Positions 49,130 through 63,696 of a stretch of 64,000 bases of DNA are shown here, piece after piece (position 1 is the first letter of the stretch; every line of letters starts with the position of its first letter). A model generated the notes under the pieces. It saw only the letters and a list, made by a program, of their open reading frames with translations, ran no database searches and had not been told where the DNA came from. The stretch is from Eledone cirrhosa (lineage: Eukaryota), in the NCBI GenBank assembly GCA_964016885.1, contig OZ024741.1, positions 133,734,001 through 133,798,000 of the forward strand, in the 5' to 3' direction. The translations under genes were made by a program, and so were the position numbers.

Positions 49130-52110
49130 TTTTACAGTTCCATTAATGGTTGTACATTTTCTAACTAGTGTTATTTCTGTTTCTGTGAAGCCCAGCTTCT
49201 CAAGATTTGTATTGAGACAGTTACTAACATATCATAGATCCCCAATGATCACAGGTATAAATCTAATGGTATAGTCAGGGTGGAGTATATGCAGATTCCT
49301 CATTAGTTTTGCATAGATGTTCTCCTTTTCACTAATCTTTAATATCATTTTGGCATGTGCTGGACAGCTGAATTTCACTACTGTGCATGCCTTCTTTTCA
49401 CTGTCCTATATTACTATATCTGATCTGTTATGCTTGCATTTTATTGGGGTTTTGACTGGAACATTCCACCAGTTCACTTTCATATTATGTATGTATATGC
49501 CTTCCACATTGCTGTAACTTTTAATATATTTATTGCCGAGGCTATCTTTTCTACGACTTGCATTGTATAGTGTTTTGATCACTACATCATGCCTCATAGG
49601 TAGATAGTACCGTGACGGCATATTTGGGCAGCTTCTTATGGCACGGGTGACATCTTCAATGGAGTCTGCATTTGTTGTTATATCTAGGTGTTTTTGCCTG
49701 CATCCCTATCGCTTTTGTGAATCAGATAATTTGTATTAATTTCCTGTTTTTGCATTTCAAAAGCATATCCTTCAAAGTGAGAGCCAATGTAGCGGTTGTT
49801 GGTCCAAGATAGACTACTTTGCTTATCTATATTACCCTCACTTTGGAGCCTCCTGACAACATACCAATGCATCATTTTTTGCTGATAAGCATTCGGTTTT
49901 TCATCCATGGTTTCATTGAGGTATTGCTGGGCAATTTCCCTTGGTGCGAGATTTTGATTGTCAGCAGGAAGTATTTCTCAAGGAGCTCCTTCCCATTTCT
50001 CATGATCTTATCTGTCTTATGTAATCAGATTTGCTCAATAGATGGGCTCCTACGTTTGGTAGTTCCTAGAGGTTGTCAGAAGGATATGATGTGACACTCA
50101 AATGCTGTTTTGACTGATGTTAAGCCTCTGTCTACCTGTTTACGTTTCAGGTAGAGGCGGTCTATGTCATGGTTGATGTGGAAATTTCCGGTGTTGTTTA
50201 GGATTTTTCGGGTTTTAATATCAGTTGCTCGGATTTCATCTATCGTCCTATCGAGTGTTCCGAATGTTTGTGTTAGAACAGACACAGCAAATACATTGAG
50301 AGCCACTATTTTATTGTTCGCAGAGATTTCAGATGGCCATATTTTTCTTAATCGGGTGTAATATTCTCTGGTTACGCGTTCCTTGTTACAGATACCATCG
50401 TAGGATATATTCTCATCTATTCCTAGGTACCTGTAGCACTCCTCGTCAGATATCATTGAAACAGTTAGGCCATTGATAACAATGTTGCTAGATTGGCTTG
50501 TAGTTTTTCCTCGCTTTACAATCATATATGAACATTTTTCCTGGCCAAACTCCATTCCTATATCTTTCGAAAACGTCGTAACCAGGTCAAGGTTTTTCTT
50601 CATCCTATTTATGTTTTTGGTATAGAGTTTCATGTCATCCACAAATAAGTTATGTGTTAGGTTTGTATTCCTGTCCTCCTGTGAGCCAATTATGTATCCT
50701 TCACATTTCTTGAGCAGAAAAGACAAGGGGTTTAATGACAGAATAAATAGCACAGAGAGACTGACTCCTTGAAATATACCCCTGTGATATTATATTTTAT
50801 CAGTGAAAATAGAGTCCCCCTTCTCTGTTTTTAACTTTAGGAAGGTACCTTAAGAAGGAGATATTTTGTATATGGTTCTGATAATAGTGTCTGGGACTTT
50901 AGCAAGTCGGAGGGCCTCTATCATCCAAGAGTGGGGAACAGAATCAAATGTTTTCCTGTAGTCCAGCCAAACTGTAGCCATACTCCTCCTGTGTTGTTGC
51001 ACCTCTGACATCGCGGTTTTGTTAATTAGGAGTTGTTCAGCATACCCCAAACATCTTTCTTTCCAGCTGCTTGCTCATCTGTGATGATGTTATTATTGAC
51101 GCAGTGATCTTGGAGAAATAGATTCAGACAGGCTGTATACATTTTATACATTAGGTTCTGGCATGCAATGGGTCAGTAGTTCTTTTGCCGAGTGGGTGTA
51201 TTTGTTCTTGGGGACCAATATTGTTTGTGCTAATGTCAACCACACTGGTATATGTGCCTCTCCCTTGAGAACTTGCTGGTAGAGATTGACAAGATACATC
51301 CGATAGAATGTCAGTTTTGGTACCAGTAGCCGACAATCAAGTCTCTTCCTGGTGTTTTCTTGTCTTGAAGTTTTCCTATCAGTCTCAAGGATATCATTAT
51401 TGATGCTGTATGTTTTTGTTGTATTGTAGGGGCAGTAGTTCGTTTGGATTTCTTTCAGCCACACTGCATTTTGGTTGAAATTCTTTTTGTTTAATATTAT
51501 TGTTTTATATCGATCTGTGAGAGAAATGTTTATACATGAATTCATTTCTCCCTGGACAGTTTCGGTTAGGATATATATCAATTGTTTATACTCTTGATTT
51601 TCCCAGCTAATGGCAGACATATTATTATTGACAGTGTTTTAAATAACAGCTGAGGTAAAATCAGTTGATAAACGTAGTATCAAATTTCTTACCGGTGTAG
51701 TTGTTTCAAGAGACTGTTTGTGTGTTGTTGTTGATACTCAGCCTGGCTGCTAGAAATACTAGAAACATGGCCGCCTGTAACTCGTGTTGTTGATTGCATG
51801 TTCGATCTGGGGGACTCATAGTGAATAATGTTCATGTTAGTTTTACGTTCAACAAACGTTGTTTGCTGGCATAATTGTTTGGCAATGAAATGTTCTGGAT
51901 GTATTTCGTCCCAATATAGCTTCATTCTGTTCATATAGCCAATACAGGGATCTTTGTTTTGCTATTTTATAACAATTGAATAAATTCGTAACTCCAAGAA
52001 AAATGTGATTTATAATTTCGGTTCCTTCTGAAGCTACAATTAAAGAAATCTTTCTTGTTATTTTTCTTCGGTTCGCCACTAATGTTGTTGATGTTGATAT
52101 GTTAAGTCAT
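49130..52110 (-). mobile_element. R4/Dong-like LINE (RT plus restriction-like endonuclease), degraded
   Basis: EQLLINK, WLDYRK.FDSVPH.W, LF.L.LNPLS, HNLFVDDMKLY, YRYLGI, IDRLYLKR...RGL, YLP.RHD, HNR.DI. Confidence 0.88.
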
Positions 52111-52286
52111 GGTGTTTGTAGCAAATACTTGTAAAATGAATTTAGTATTTAGAACGAGTACTACAATGGCATTTCATCTGACACTCCATCATCTCCCCCC
52201 CCTCTCTCTCTCCACACACACACACATATATAAATAGGTTATGATCATGTTTATATATGTATATAATTATGTATACATATAAAATA

Positions 52287-52422
<136 letters not shown>

Positions 52423-52619
52423 CGAAGAAATGAAAGATCATGAGGATGTGAAAAAAACAAAATCAAAGTTAATTCCATGATTGATTTGTTTTTTGAACTT
52501 TAGTGAAAACAAACTATATAATCCACCTCTATGTGGTCTCTAGGCGGAGCCTACTCGCCTTCTGTTCACAACCTATATACAAGATAACATAATAATATAG
52601 TGTATGTTTGTATGTATGT

Positions 52620-54353
52620 TCTATCATGTTCCCGATGACTGGAAAGATGCTGTGATGGTTGTTTTGTACAAGGGAAAGGGAGACAGGAATAACTGCGGAA
52701 ACTATCGTGGGATATGACTGTTATCTGTTGTCGGCAAAGTTCTTTGTAGAATTCTGTTGGACCGTTTATTGCTCCACATTGCTGATGAAGCTCTACCAGA
52801 GTCGCAATCGGGCTTTCGGGCTGGGCGTGGCACTGTGGACATGATCTTTACAGCCAGACAACTGCAGGAAAAGTGTGTTGAGCAGAATGTGGATCTCTAC
52901 CAGGTGTTTGTTGATCTGACAAAGGCATTTGACACGGTCAACAGAAAGGCTTTATGGGATATCTTGAGGAAGCTGGGGTGCCCTGAGAAGTTTGTTTCAC
53001 GATGACATGAAGGCATGGATAAATGTTGGTGGACAGTCTCTGAGCCGGTGACGGTCGAGAATGGAGTCAAACAGGGTGACATTCCAGCTCCAACGCTCTT
53101 TGCTTTGTACTTCTCCATTGTCTTCGAACAGGCCTTTGAGAACTGCAATCATGGTATATATGTTCGCTATCGATCAACTGGAAAGCGTTTAATATCAGGA
53201 GGTTCAATGCTAAGTCAAAGGTTCACTTGTCACTAATCAGGGATTTGCTTTATGCAGATGACTGTGACCTTGTAGTGCACACGGAGATTGATATGCAGCA
53301 TCTCATGGATGCATTTTCTAATGCGTGTACTGCATTGGGACTTACCATAAGCCTGAAAAAGACTGTAGCCATGTACCAACCAGCCCCTGGGAAGCCATGT
53401 TGTGAGCCCAACATCTTGGTTTATGGTGAAAGGCTAAGGGTCGTTGGCAGTTTTGTATATCTTGGAAGCACTCTGAGTATGTCCTGCGATCTTGATGGGG
53501 AAATATCAAACAGGATACAGAAAGCCAGTGATGCTTTTGGAAAACTGAACAAGCGTCTCTGGTCTCAACACGGAATTTCGGTAAAGACAAAGCTCAAAGT
53601 GTATCATGCGTGTGTGCTCGCGGCACTTCTTTATGCTTGTGAGACGTGGGCGGTCTACCGTAGACAGATGAAGCGACTTGAGAGGTTCTACCAGTACTGC
53701 TTACGTCGGATTCTCGACATAACTTGGCAAATGTTTGTCAGTGACGTCGAGGTTCTGGACAGAAGTGGCTGTGATAGTGTCGAGTCCTTGATTTTGAAAT
53801 ATCAGCTGCGCTGGACAGGTCATCTTGTAAGGATGAATGCCGAAGCAGCTTCTTTATGGCGAGCTCCAAATTGGAAAAAGGAATGCGAGCAAACCCAAGA
53901 TGCGTTTTAAGGACTGCATCAAGGGGGCTCTCAAGAAAAGTAACATCCCTGGTGAGCACTGGGTAGCATGCGCTAGCGACCGATCACATTGGAGGAAAGC
54001 AGTGGCTAGTGGCAAGAGTCTATTTGAGGAAATAAGAAGAAGGCACGCGACACTAAAAAGAGATGTCCGGAAAGGAATCCATGTTGGCCTTCCCGAAGGC
54101 ACTGACAGACGGCTTGACCTGACATGTGAGACCTGTAATAGGGTTTGTCTGAGCATGGCAGGTCTGAAGATTCACCTGAGAGTGCACAAGAACAGGGAAG
54201 CAGGCACCTGTGGAGCTATAAATGTTCATCAGACGACGACATGTAATGTTTGTGGAAGGGTATGCAGGTCGAGTAGTGATCTCACACGACACCTTGGGTC
54301 ACATGGTACCATATAAAGTAGTGGCCGTACTCGAAATCGAGTTGGCAGCCACC
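52620..54353 (+). mobile_element. 5'-truncated, frameshifted RTE LINE related to the intact copy
   Basis: PESQSGFRAGRGT, GVKQGDIPAPTLF, DLLYADDCDL, two C2H2 fingers, stem-loop tail then (ATGT)n. Confidence 0.92.
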
Positions 54354-54439
54354 ATGTATGTATGTATGTATGTATGTATGTATGTATGTATGTATGAATG
54401 TATGTAAATTTAGAGTCCTCTGTAAGGGTCAAATCCTCA

Positions 54440-54632
54440 TTGGTGGATTGGCAGTATCGGTAGAGGGCCGGACGTCATGCTTTGACGCATAGAATTACGG
54501 CCCTTTCCATTCTGAGTTCAAATCCCGCCGAGGTCAACTTTGCCTTTCATCCTTACGGGATCGATAAAATAAAGTACCAGTAATGTACTGGGTAATTGCT
54601 GGCCTTGTGCCAAAAGTAGAAACAATTATAAT
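54440..54632 (+). mobile_element. tRNA-derived SINE
   Basis: Same family, + orientation. Confidence 0.85.
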
Positions 54633-55038
54633 TCTCTATGAATAAGCGGGTGAATTGGCAGGGTCATTTAATGTCAGACAAAATGCTTTTTATCATTTAA
54701 TCATGTACTGGGGGAGATATAATCGACTTCTCGACTTCTTCCCCAAACTTGTTGGTCTTCTGCCTAAATTAGAAATCTTTATTATTTTCAGGGAATGTGA
54801 TGAATTCATGAATGTCAGAATCGTTAGAGCATCAGACAAAATCAGTTGAATCCATTAATATCGGTCATTTACTTTCTTAGTTCAATACACGACCGATGTC
54901 ACCTGTGCATTTTATTCTCCCAGAAGTGATTCAATAAACATGCAGTGAAGTATTGAGTGTGTGTGTGTGGGGGGGGGGGGGGTTACCTGAGGTCAATGTA
55001 TGAGATTTTGTACCAATATTAAGAACCACGTGACTTAC

Positions 55039-55142
55039 CTCTATATCGATACACGTGCTGTAGTTGGTCCATTCTTGCTGAGTTTTTGGATTACGCCACC
55101 AGGTGCCGTTAGAAGTGCAGTCTTTGTAAGCACTATCTGTAC
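55039..55142 (-). CDS. Class B1 GPCR exon: C-terminal half of the hormone-binding domain
   Basis: ctttag|(S)TDSAYKDCTSNGTWWRNPKTQQEWTNYSTCIDIE|gtaagt; 104 nt, phase 1 to 0; C..NG.W and W.NY..C motifs. Confidence 0.96.
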
Positions 55143-55546
55143 CTAAAGCAAAATATCTAATAATATACATCCTGCTATTCGGAAAGAATTTATCATAACA
55201 ATTAATCACGAAAACTAACAAAAATATATTATAATATTAAAAGCAACATCAACAATAATATATTAATTTCCGAGACAAGGAAGAGGCCCCAATGCGGTCG
55301 CTCGAGGTTTCAAATTTCATTCTTATATTCTACTGTTATAAAGCGGAAAGATAGAACACAAGATAAATACACCGTGTCTGAATAAAAGACAAAAATAAAC
55401 AGAATTAGAGGCATGAAATTTGATAGTAGGAAATTCGTCGCACACGCACGCACGCACGCACACACAGACACACATTAGTCTATCTAAAAAGCTGAATTGA
55501 AGCTTTTAACTTTTCCAAAAAAGTCATTCCCGCTCAACGTTTCTAT

Positions 55547-55688
<142 letters not shown>

Positions 55689-56589
55689 TTCTTTCGACCA
55701 CTCAGTCTTAAACTTAAGTTCTCTTATCGTATGGTCTTGGGTTTTCTTACCTTAAGATGCTCGCACATTGCTCGATTTGTTGTTATTTTTTCGCTATTTT
55801 TTCAGTTTTCTGTTTTCTTCTCTTCCCTTTTGTTTTCCTTCCCTCCATCCTCCGTTTTCCCAATAACTTATCCAGTCATTGACGCCCTGGGCGGTAGATA
55901 TCTTGTCTTTAAAGCGTAGAAATATCCGAGACCCCCGATAGACAACTGATGAGGAAAACTCCACCCCCTTCTAGCTTTATTCTTATTCCCACTCCATTTT
56001 AAGATACCTTAAATAGCAACTACACAGCCATTTCTATTCTTCATATATATATATTCTTCATATATATATATATATTAGAATTGGTGCTCTGAAATAGCGA
56101 TATATATATGTATGTATATATAGTGCATTTTGCAATATACTGTATGCTTAATTAAAAGCATTTCGAAGAGTATTGTTTTAGAGTAGTGACAGTCTCACTT
56201 ACTTTAATTTTCTGAGCCTAATCGAGATGGTTCTATATATATATATATATATATAGAACCATCTCTATATAGGCTCAGAATTGACTAAAGATAAGATCAC
56301 GGTAAAGCTCTATAAAATAAAGAACTTCACTAGCGTATCCCTAGAGGCAAATTAACTAAGATGGCTAATGACCGGCAGAAATTACTTGATCATCAGAGAG
56401 CGAATTTCTGATCCTAAGTCTAAGAGAGATAAGCTGGGCTTATGTTCTCGAAATAATCATTCTATACTTGTATTTATAAATAATCATCCTATATTTGTAT
56501 TTATAAGCTTCTCTGAGTTATATTTTAAACGATATTATTCATTGACATGTAATGTATATTACTGACTAAATCTTACAATATATATCAAT

Positions 56590-56795
56590 ATAAACCACAG
56601 ACCCTCCATCTCAACCCTACTTTTGAAAAGCAGAAGAACTGCGAAACCGGTAAAGGAACCAAATAAATATATATATATTTTTTTAAATAAGACTCCAGTT
56701 GCATTTTCGATTTCATCTTTTTTTCTTTATACTTTCACTCGTGTAGGACACCTCGGTTATTTTTCATTTTGTAAAAAAAACCTCACTTTCTAATA
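56590..56795 (+). mobile_element. PLE tail with a U3:A8 hammerhead motif (family of 41056-41385)
   Basis: Near-identical to 41195-41385. Confidence 0.8.
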
Positions 56796-57439
56796 TATAT
56801 ATATATATATATATGAAGAGAGAGAGGGGGAGATGGAGAGAGAGAAAGAGACATTGGGAGTTGGCAGTTTAGATAAGTAAGACCATGTTCAGCTATGTAT
56901 TCGATACTTGAGAAAGTAGAGTGTATGTACTGTAAATAGTTAGTGTCCGACGGAAGAGCTCATACCGTTTCGATGGCGATTGAATAACTCATACGCCCCC
57001 CCCCCCTCCCCCACTCTCACTAAGCGTGAAACTAATAACACTATGTACTCTTGACTCCTGTGTTTGTTTATTTATTTGTCCTTTTGAACTATATATATAT
57101 GTAGATGTGGTCACAGTTGAAAATGAAAAGTCTAAAAAAGAATTAGAAACACGGGCTAACAAAGGGATGTCTATGTAGTCTATTGACCTGCTAGAAATAG
57201 TAGTGAATCACTTTAAGTAAAGGATACATTGGGCAATGATATACAAGGAGACAGTGATGACAAAATTGGAATGTTTTTGTTTATATATTTGCTATATCAA
57301 GGATGACCTGAGGCTAAATAACAACACCACCGACAGTAAACACTGTCCTTTCTAGGACATGAGTGAGCGAGAGAATTTCTGTGTCAGCACGAATTGCAGT
57401 AAACGGCATGTTATAAGAGAGTATGAGCAGTTCTCGTAT

Positions 57440-58735
57440 TTGAGCTGAATACACATAACAAATTGTTAGGCATAAATTCATTAGCAGCTCCAGTTGTTAA
57501 TCATAGCTTCAATCTATTGAAGTGGAATATCACTGAAATAAAGAGATTTGTCACAAAAATTCCTATGTTGTTGATTTGTAATACGATGCACAACCTAAAG
57601 CCAGATGTGGATTGTTTTTACTTTCCCAGAACTCAAAGATGTCGAGGCTTAAGCCAGTTTGAACTTTCTTACAAAACCACCACAATTGGACAGGCCAAAT
57701 ATCTTGAAATAACAAACGACTGGATGCTGAAACTCGTTGAAAGATATGAGAAGAGTAATAAGCTTCAATCGTGAAAGAGAGCAAAACATTTGCTACAGAT
57801 TTCATGACTGATATTTAGGATGGACAGACTGGGCAACCATGGGAACTGTTATTGCAAAGGAAGTAAATTTAACGGCAAAGAAAAAGGGCACGAACAATCA
57901 GCATCGAGGTGGGAGTAGAAACCTCTGCATGGCAAACAAACTGATGTTGAGAGAAACACACGCGTCACTGACTACGTAGGCCAGGGGTAAAGACAGTGAT
58001 GAAGGTTTCATCTTAGCTGCTCAAGATCAAAGATAATCAACAATGAACTATCAAACCAATGTGTTGAGAAATGGAGTAGTTCCAAAGTACCGAATTTGCA
58101 ATGATGAGATTGAAACAGCGGACCATTTAACCTCTGGATGTAACGGGTTAGCACAAGTAGAGTATAAATCAAGGCATGACAGAATTGGTCAATACCTACA
58201 CTGGGTAATATGACAAGTGGTATAAGCGCCACCACGAGACTGTAACTGAGGGAAAAAATATGATTCATTAAGACTTTCCTGCATATACACAGAACCATCA
58301 AAGCTAGTAAACCGGATATTATTGTAAAAGATCAATATAACAAAGTCTGTTTATTGATTAATATGAGCATCCTATGTGATCACAATATTGCGGCAAAAGA
58401 AGTTGATAAGCTCAGAAAATATAACGATATGCTCATTGAAATTGAAAGAAATTGTGGCATGTCAAGGCAGTTACAATACTATAGGAACACTAGGAATTAT
58501 CAGAAAAGGAACAGAAAATTATTTGAGAAGGATCCATGCAAGAAGTACAAACATTGTTTTAACTGGTACGGCACACGTATTGAGAAGACATTATCGCTGT
58601 AAGAATGATAATTCTCTTTATATAATTGTTTTTACATAACTTTATTTGATTATATATTTTATGTATGGCTTGTCTCTATCATAAATTTCTTTGTTAACAC
58701 CGGAACCCCGTGCGAAAATTGCAACCATTTAAAAA
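57440..58735 (+). mobile_element. R4/Dong-like LINE 3' remnant
   Basis: IN..A.PV, DVD..Y.PR...RGL, RHD, KPDI. Confidence 0.7.
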
Positions 58736-59399
58736 ACAGTCACAACGCATCACGGTGAGTTTACAAGCCCCGAACAATAACGACTAAAACACCAACAATA
58801 AATCAAAAAGAAAAAAAGCAAGGAAAATTGACACATGTAACACTCATAAAATGTATTGATTGTTGATCTATTACAAGTGTTCATATTATGGAAGACGTGC
58901 GTAACGAAAGGTGGATAAAAAGGCAAAACAATCACAGACAAATACAACAACCACAAAAAGTAAAACAAATAAACAGCGTGTAGTCCTGCAGAAATGGAAT
59001 AATAATACAGAAGTACATACTTTGAGTTTAAGAACAAATAAGCAAATCTATAGTTGCAAAAACGTACAAACATAGAAGCAAAAGAAAAAAAACCGGTACC
59101 CAACAAAAATTATGACAATCTAAATGAAGGACCGGGCTTTATCTCTCAAGTGTTACAAATAAAATCGGAAAGACATAAATAGACACGAAAGGAATATGTT
59201 ACGATTCTATATACATATTTTTCGGTAAAACCGTGCCCTAAAAATGTAAACACAACGGTATACACATATAAAATCTGGGAGAAAATAACGCAGACTGATT
59301 TAAAACGCGACCCCAACAAACTAGCAAACCCAAGAAAATACATATTGAAATTGAAATACAGTATCAAAAAGAACAAATGCATTACGGAAACACAACGAA

Positions 59400-60945
59400 C
59401 ACAAAACAACTAACAGGCATACAAATATTGAGAATTTTAACCACGAAGCTAGAGCCAACATATCAAAAACAGAAAATGTAAGCAACAAAATCCATGGTGA
59501 AATAGCAACAATTATAGATACACTAAATTGGCCACCATAGACGTAATTAACATAAACAGAAACATTAGTATCACAAAGCTAAATAACGTCATATATGCAT
59601 CAGTCCCTGTTGTTACAAAAGAAATTGGGAATCCCCTTAGATTTACGCAAACAAGAAAGACAAAACCCACACAAACATGGAAATCAAAGATAGAAAAAGG
59701 GATAGTAAATAATAGAAACATTCTCTGTCTTAAATGAAATGGGAAAAAAAATCAAAACTAGGAAAAGGAAGAAAATAAAGATATTTAAAAAATATAAACT
59801 AACAGAGAAGGAAAAAAAACTGAAACTAAGGAAGGCCTAAAACAACAAATACTTGCAATGGCAAAAAAGAATCCAAATATATGAAAAACGCCAAAAATGT
59901 TTTGATCAAAACCAGCTATTTCATTCCAACCCAAAACGACTCTACCAGGAACTATGTAGAAGCAAAATAAAGGTAAATGTAGTTCCAAAAGTAAAAAAAG
60001 TGGAAGAGTTCTGTGGAGTATTGTGGGCAGCACGGGAATCGCTACACACAGAATTTTGAAAGCAAAGAAGTAACAACAGAGATTGTGAAAAAAATAAAAT
60101 CGAAATCGAAAACATGCTAAATCGAGAACAAGAAAAACTCCTACATGGCTAATACCCCACTCTCCCCCCAAAAATAAAACTGGACAAGCAAATCTCACAA
60201 AATTGGCAAATAATCACTGGACTAAAAACCGAGACTGGAGGGTTTCTAATTGCTGCACAGGATCAAAGCTTCACTACCAGAAGTACATAATGAAGCAGAA
60301 CACCTTAACTGCAGAATATTTGGCAGGGAAGACGAAACAAGTAACCACATTATCTCTGGCTACCAAGTCGGCCAAAAAAGAAGATATAGAGTTGGGATTT
60401 CCACACATTTGAAGTTATGTCAATACTATAAAATACCAACAAAAAAGAGATGGTATAGACACATACCAGATAAAATGTTAGAGAATGACAAAGCAACCAA
60501 TCTCTTGGATATGCCAATACACCCATACAGTGATCAACGCCAATTGAACAAATATTATAGTGAAAGACCACAAAGAAAAAAACGTCTTCTAATTGAGGTA
60601 TCAATCCACACAGACGACAATATATCTTCAAGAAAATTGAGAAATTATCCAAATATAAAGATCTGGAGATAAGGATAACCTGATTGTGGATGATGAAAAC
60701 AGAAACAATCCCTATATTAGGAATGATTAAAAATATACAATCAGATACATAACCAATCACTAAGATTGACGAATATATATAACATACAGAAAATGGTGCT
60801 ATTAGGCATTGCACATATATTGGGAAGAGTACTCTCACTACAACAGAAACAACTCCAAAAACAACAGTGCACACACACAAGGTACATTGAACTGTGATCG
60901 GTAATGTAGTGGTAATACACAATGAAAATTATACTAATGATAACT
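59400..60945 (+). mobile_element. R4/Dong-like LINE remnant with an internal deletion
   Basis: LNNVIYA, P.WK.KIEK, QNQLF.SNPKRLY, CRI.G...ET..HIISG, KWY.H.P...EN. Confidence 0.7.
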
Positions 60946-60949
60946 AAAA

Positions 60950-61973
60950 TAATTCTTTCTAACAGGTCAGCAATTTTGAGGTGAAAGGAAAGTCGATTAT
61001 ATTGACACCGGTATTTAACTGGTACTTTATTTTATCGACAATGGAAGGATGAACGGCAACATGACTTCGGCGGAATTTGAACTCAGAACGTAATGTGCCG
61101 CAACAAATACTGCCAACCATTTGTCCGATGCACTAATGACACGACTCTGCCAAATGATTATTTCTAATTCTGGTACAATGCCAGAAATTTGGGGTGAGCG
61201 GGAAATTCTATTAATTTGATCTCAGTACAGGATTGATACTTTATTTTATCGACCGTTGAGCAAAGTTGACCTCGGCGGAATTTGAAATCTGAAGGTAAAG
61301 AGCTAGAAAAAATACTGTTAACCATTGTCCGATGCTCTAACGAGTCTATCAAATAACGGTTTCTCATTTACACACAAAGCCAAGAATTTGGGAAGGGAAA
61401 GTCGATTAAATTGACCCCACTGCGTTACTGGTACTTTCTTTAATCGGCCCTGTAAGGATGCAAATCAAAGCTAACCACGGCGAGATTATAACTCAGAACA
61501 TAAAGGGCTGTAACTATATACCGCAAAGCATGTTGTCCGACACTCTACCAATACTATCAATCTACCGCATTCAGTAGTTTCTGATTTAGACACAAGGCTA
61601 ACAATTTTGTGGGAGGGGAAAGTCGATTGAATCGATTGCATTGCGTTAATGGTACTTTATCTTATCGACTCCCATTAGGATGAAAGGCAAAAACTAACCT
61701 CAGCAGGATTTAAACTCAGAACGTAAAGAGACAGAACAGATACGGCTAACCATTTATCCGATGCTCAACTGACTCTGCCAAATAATAATTGTTTCTACTT
61801 TAGGCACAAGGCCAGCAATTATCCAGTGCATTACTGGTACTTTATTTTATCGACCCCGTAAGGATGAAAGGCAAAGTCAACCTCGGCGGGATTTGAACTC
61901 AGATCGTAAAGGGACGTAACTATGCTGGAAAGCATGGCGTCCGACCCTCTACCGATACTGCCAATCCACCGCC
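60950..61973 (-). mobile_element. Tandem array of 5 SINE copies
   Basis: Head-to-tail; the last copy is flanked by the TSD ctctgccaaataataat (61773 and 61974). Confidence 0.85.
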
Positions 61974-62002
61974 TCTGCCAAATAATAATAATGTTTACTT
62001 AC

Positions 62003-62435
62003 TGTAAGCCCAGATACCATCAGTGACGTAACTCGGGCATTTTTCAAAGACTCTAGTCTTCGCTGGTGTTATATTCCAACAGCCGTAGCCATCCCAAGTA
62101 GGTGGACAGTAAAGCGTGTTATTGTGTGGTGTAAACCTACGGATATGTTGGTGTTGTTCTTGGCAGCATTTCAACGCTGCCAGACAACAAGAGGTCCAAA
62201 GATAGCATTTATCGTAGCTATTCATGGCGTTACATAGCTCCGTCATTAAAGTTTCGTTTTCAACATCTGGGGGAGCGCTGTAGTTACTGTTGACAACATT
62301 CAAGCTGTAATCGGGTGTATGGTAGAAAATGTCCAGATTTGGAAATAGATAGTAGTAACACATTGTACAAGTGATCAGCTTATATAGGTGGAATGGTTGT
62401 GCACCAGATCGATCACGGCAATGAATTGGATACAT
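62003..62435 (-). CDS. Class B1 GPCR exon: Cys-rich N-terminal extension plus start of the hormone-binding domain (5' boundary uncertain)
   Basis: YCPPTWDGYGCW..TPA......CPSY motif; donor gtaagt at 62002, phase 1, joins in frame to the 55142 exon. Confidence 0.88.
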
Positions 62436-62925
62436 CGAGGGATTGAGTGTTTGGAGCGATCTAATCTATTCAGTTTACATATTTATGTCGGGTATGACAT
62501 CTAAGTTCTGCCAATGATGAGGTTTACTGGATAATGTTACTGGTATGTTTGATAATGCTTTTCTCCTCCTCACTTCTTGTAGCTTATGGATACATACGCA
62601 TGTATGTATGTATGTATGTATGTATGTATGTATGTATGTATGTATGTATGTATGTATATGACTATGGTTATATATATGTGAATGTTCGTGTTTAAGTATA
62701 TGAGTTTAAGTATTTATTTCTCTTTCGTTCAATAGAAAGCCCTGCAATGACGTCTTCCATAATGGCACTGCTATTAGAGTAACTTGATACGATCTCTAGT
62801 AGAAAATAAAGTCGTCAAACTTTTTCAGGATTTCAGTAGGTAATTCCAGAATCTCAATTATGTACCTATATGTAAAAAATAAAGTACATATATATAGTAT
62901 GGTGAATATATATTACATATTATGT

Positions 62926-62956
<31 letters not shown>

Positions 62957-62959
<3 letters not shown>

Positions 62960-63662
62960 AACCAGTAAGACCCCGACAGCGTCTCTTTAGTATTTTGGCC
63001 CCTTTTGTTGACCAGTCACCGTATCATTTACGTACTTATACCTCTTAAAAGGGTCCTTGCTTAATTCGTCCCACCTAGTTCTTTTACTTATTTCCTTATT
63101 TATTTATTTATTTATTTATTTACTTCTTTCTTTCTTTCTTTATTTTATTCTCGCCTAACAATAGCCTGACACCTAGGTCGTAGAATTTAATTTTTTCTTT
63201 ACACTTTTTTGCTTTTCTTCACTCTCAGTATTTTTTCTTTCCTATTTTTACCCCCCATTGTTCTACCTACCGTTCCGACTTCCTCCCCCTCCCCCTCCCC
63301 TGTATCTTCTTTGACCTCATGCCCAGCTGTAGCTGGCACTACCAACGCTTGATTGGGTCTACTCCACCCCCTCCCCTCTTTCTCCTACTGGCAGGTTTAG
63401 CCACCATCTCCCCTACTAATTTGCAACCACAGAATTACTACTGATTTTTGACAATCACTTTGACCATATATGGAATTACCCCTTGAGAAGATCGGCTATT
63501 TAAATACCAGGATAAATGTTCATTTAGTCCAGAATTAGCCGTCGAAACGGCTTGAGCTCAGCTGTCGGGGTCTTACTGGTTCCTATTACCCACTCTACTA
63601 CCTCAAGTATTGAGTACTTTGGTGCGTTATGGTCCACCTGGTTCCTTACCACATTTCCTTCG

Positions 63663-63665
<3 letters not shown>
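62957..63665 (+). mobile_element. PLE 3' remnant related to the Naiad-type element at 9418, with a short inverted arm (62957-62981)
   Basis: 63470-63665 is homologous to the reverse complement of 9418-9620; contains a hammerhead motif. Confidence 0.82.
63478..63571 (+). ncRNA. Hammerhead ribozyme motif (U3:A8 variant, GUC site)
   Basis: acccc-TTGAGAA-ga.cggcta...tagccgtc-GAAA-cggct(tgagctc)agctg-TC-ggggt. Confidence 0.8.

Positions 63666-63694
<29 letters not shown>

Positions 63695-63696
<2 letters not shown>

Noticed and set aside
55946-55975. CTGATGA at 55946, also at 7508 and 29194
   Set aside because: No consistent stems I-III could be built around these cores
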